From Promethearchaeota archaeon Loki_b31 (GTDB lineage: Archaea > Asgardarchaeota > Lokiarchaeia > Sigyniarchaeales > SOKP01): DNA of 24,937 nt. Below, piece by piece: positions 24,172 to 24,937 of the stretch (the stretch's first letter is position 1; the number at the start of each line of letters is the position of its first letter). The notes beneath the pieces were generated by a model that was given only the letters and a program-made list of their open reading frames with translations, was not told where the DNA came from and searched no databases. Location of the stretch: assembly GCA_005222975.1 (NCBI GenBank), contig NJBI01000051.1, forward strand, positions 1 to 24,937, given 5' to 3'. A program made the translations under genes and the position numbers.

Positions 24172-24936
24172 CTAGTTCTTTAAGAGCTCTGTAGTTTTAA
24201 GACCACAAAGCCGTATAAAAAATGTACTTCCTTTATTCCTTCCCTTAGATTTTACAAAAATTTTTCCATTATGCAATTTGACGATTTCTTGTGAAATGAA
24301 TAGTCCTAGACCCGGACCTTCAATATCTACTGCCAACCCCATTCCAGACCTTTCAATCTTTCCAAATTTTTTAAATAAGATCGGTATCTCTTTTTTTGTC
24401 AATCCCACACCAGTATCTTTAATGATTATATCCATGTAATCGTAGTGTTCAAATGTTTTAATAAAAATACTACCACCGGGAGGTGTATTTCTAACAGCGT
24501 TTAATAATATCTCGGAAATTACAAAGCTAATTTTTGATTTATCCACATCAAAATATAATTCTTTGAGAAGCTCTATATTCACAAAAAGATCGCGCTTTTT
24601 TGCTTGAAATATAATATTTTCAATGCAATCTTTAATTATTTGAGTTATATTTTCTCTTTTCAATTCCAGTCTCAATTTATTAGATTCAATACTGTAAGTA
24701 ATAATCAAATTATCAACTAAGTTTTTTAATCTATTACCGCCTCTATGAATTATTTTTAGGTACTTTCGGATTTCCTCATCAATTTTGCCACTACTATAAT
24801 CTAGAAGAAATTGAGATCCGCTAAGAATAGAAAATAATGGTGTTTTTAATTCGTGTGAAATCCTTCTTATTAAATCGCTCCTAATTTGATCGAGTTCTTT
24901 TAATTTTTTAATTTCACTTTTCATCATATTTTCGAT
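24172..24936 (-). CDS. Sensor histidine kinase (HisKA + HATPase_c), probably 5'-truncated by the window edge
   Basis: H-box ISHELKTPL, N-box ILLNAVRNT, G1 DTGVG, F-box LFKKF and G2 GPGLGLFIS. The frame stays open (IENMM...) to the window end. Confidence 0.92.
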   Translation of the reverse strand: MENMMKSEIKKLKELDQIRSDLIRRISHELKTPLFSILSGSQFLLDYSSGKIDEEIRKYLKIIHRGGNRLKNLVDNLIITYSIESNKLRLELKRENITQIIKDCIENIIFQAKKRDLFVNIELLKELYFDVDKSKISFVISEILLNAVRNTPPGGSIFIKTFEHYDYMDIIIKDTGVGLTKKEIPILFKKFGKIERSGMGLAVDIEGPGLGLFISQEIVKLHNGKIFVKSKGRNKGSTFFIRLCGLKTTELLKN

Positions 24937-24937
24937 T

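Noticed and set aside
1-24937. tRNA, rRNA, CRISPR arrays, tandem repeats
   Set aside because: No GC-rich structured segment or regularly spaced repeat was seen on reading the sequence.

Overview
This AT-rich, gene-dense archaeal window is most consistent with an Asgard archaeon, probably Lokiarchaeia/Promethearchaeota. That is inferred from ribosomal L13e, an archaeosortase, MtrH and many small-GTPase, roadblock and longin-like proteins. The most notable content is a dispersed set of eukaryotic-signature signalling genes. Three are Arf/Rag-like GTPases with C-terminal roadblock-like domains, and two of these also carry an N-terminal uDENN/longin-like domain. The set also includes a Zn-ribbon-roadblock protein, a longin-like/HTH protein and a single-pass membrane protein with a cytoplasmic longin-like domain. 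Other features are an L13e gene with a helix-hairpin-helix domain in the -1 frame, a Trm9/ALKBH8-like methyltransferase, a stand-alone ATP-cone protein and a decayed Zn-ribbon gene. An ISL3-like IS has 23-bp terminal inverted repeats and a transposase split at an A9G -1 slippery site. An unusual RHH/pseudo-HisKA/receiver protein lies convergent with a histidine kinase. No rRNA, tRNA or CRISPR array was seen. All family calls come from motif recognition by eye; no searches were run.
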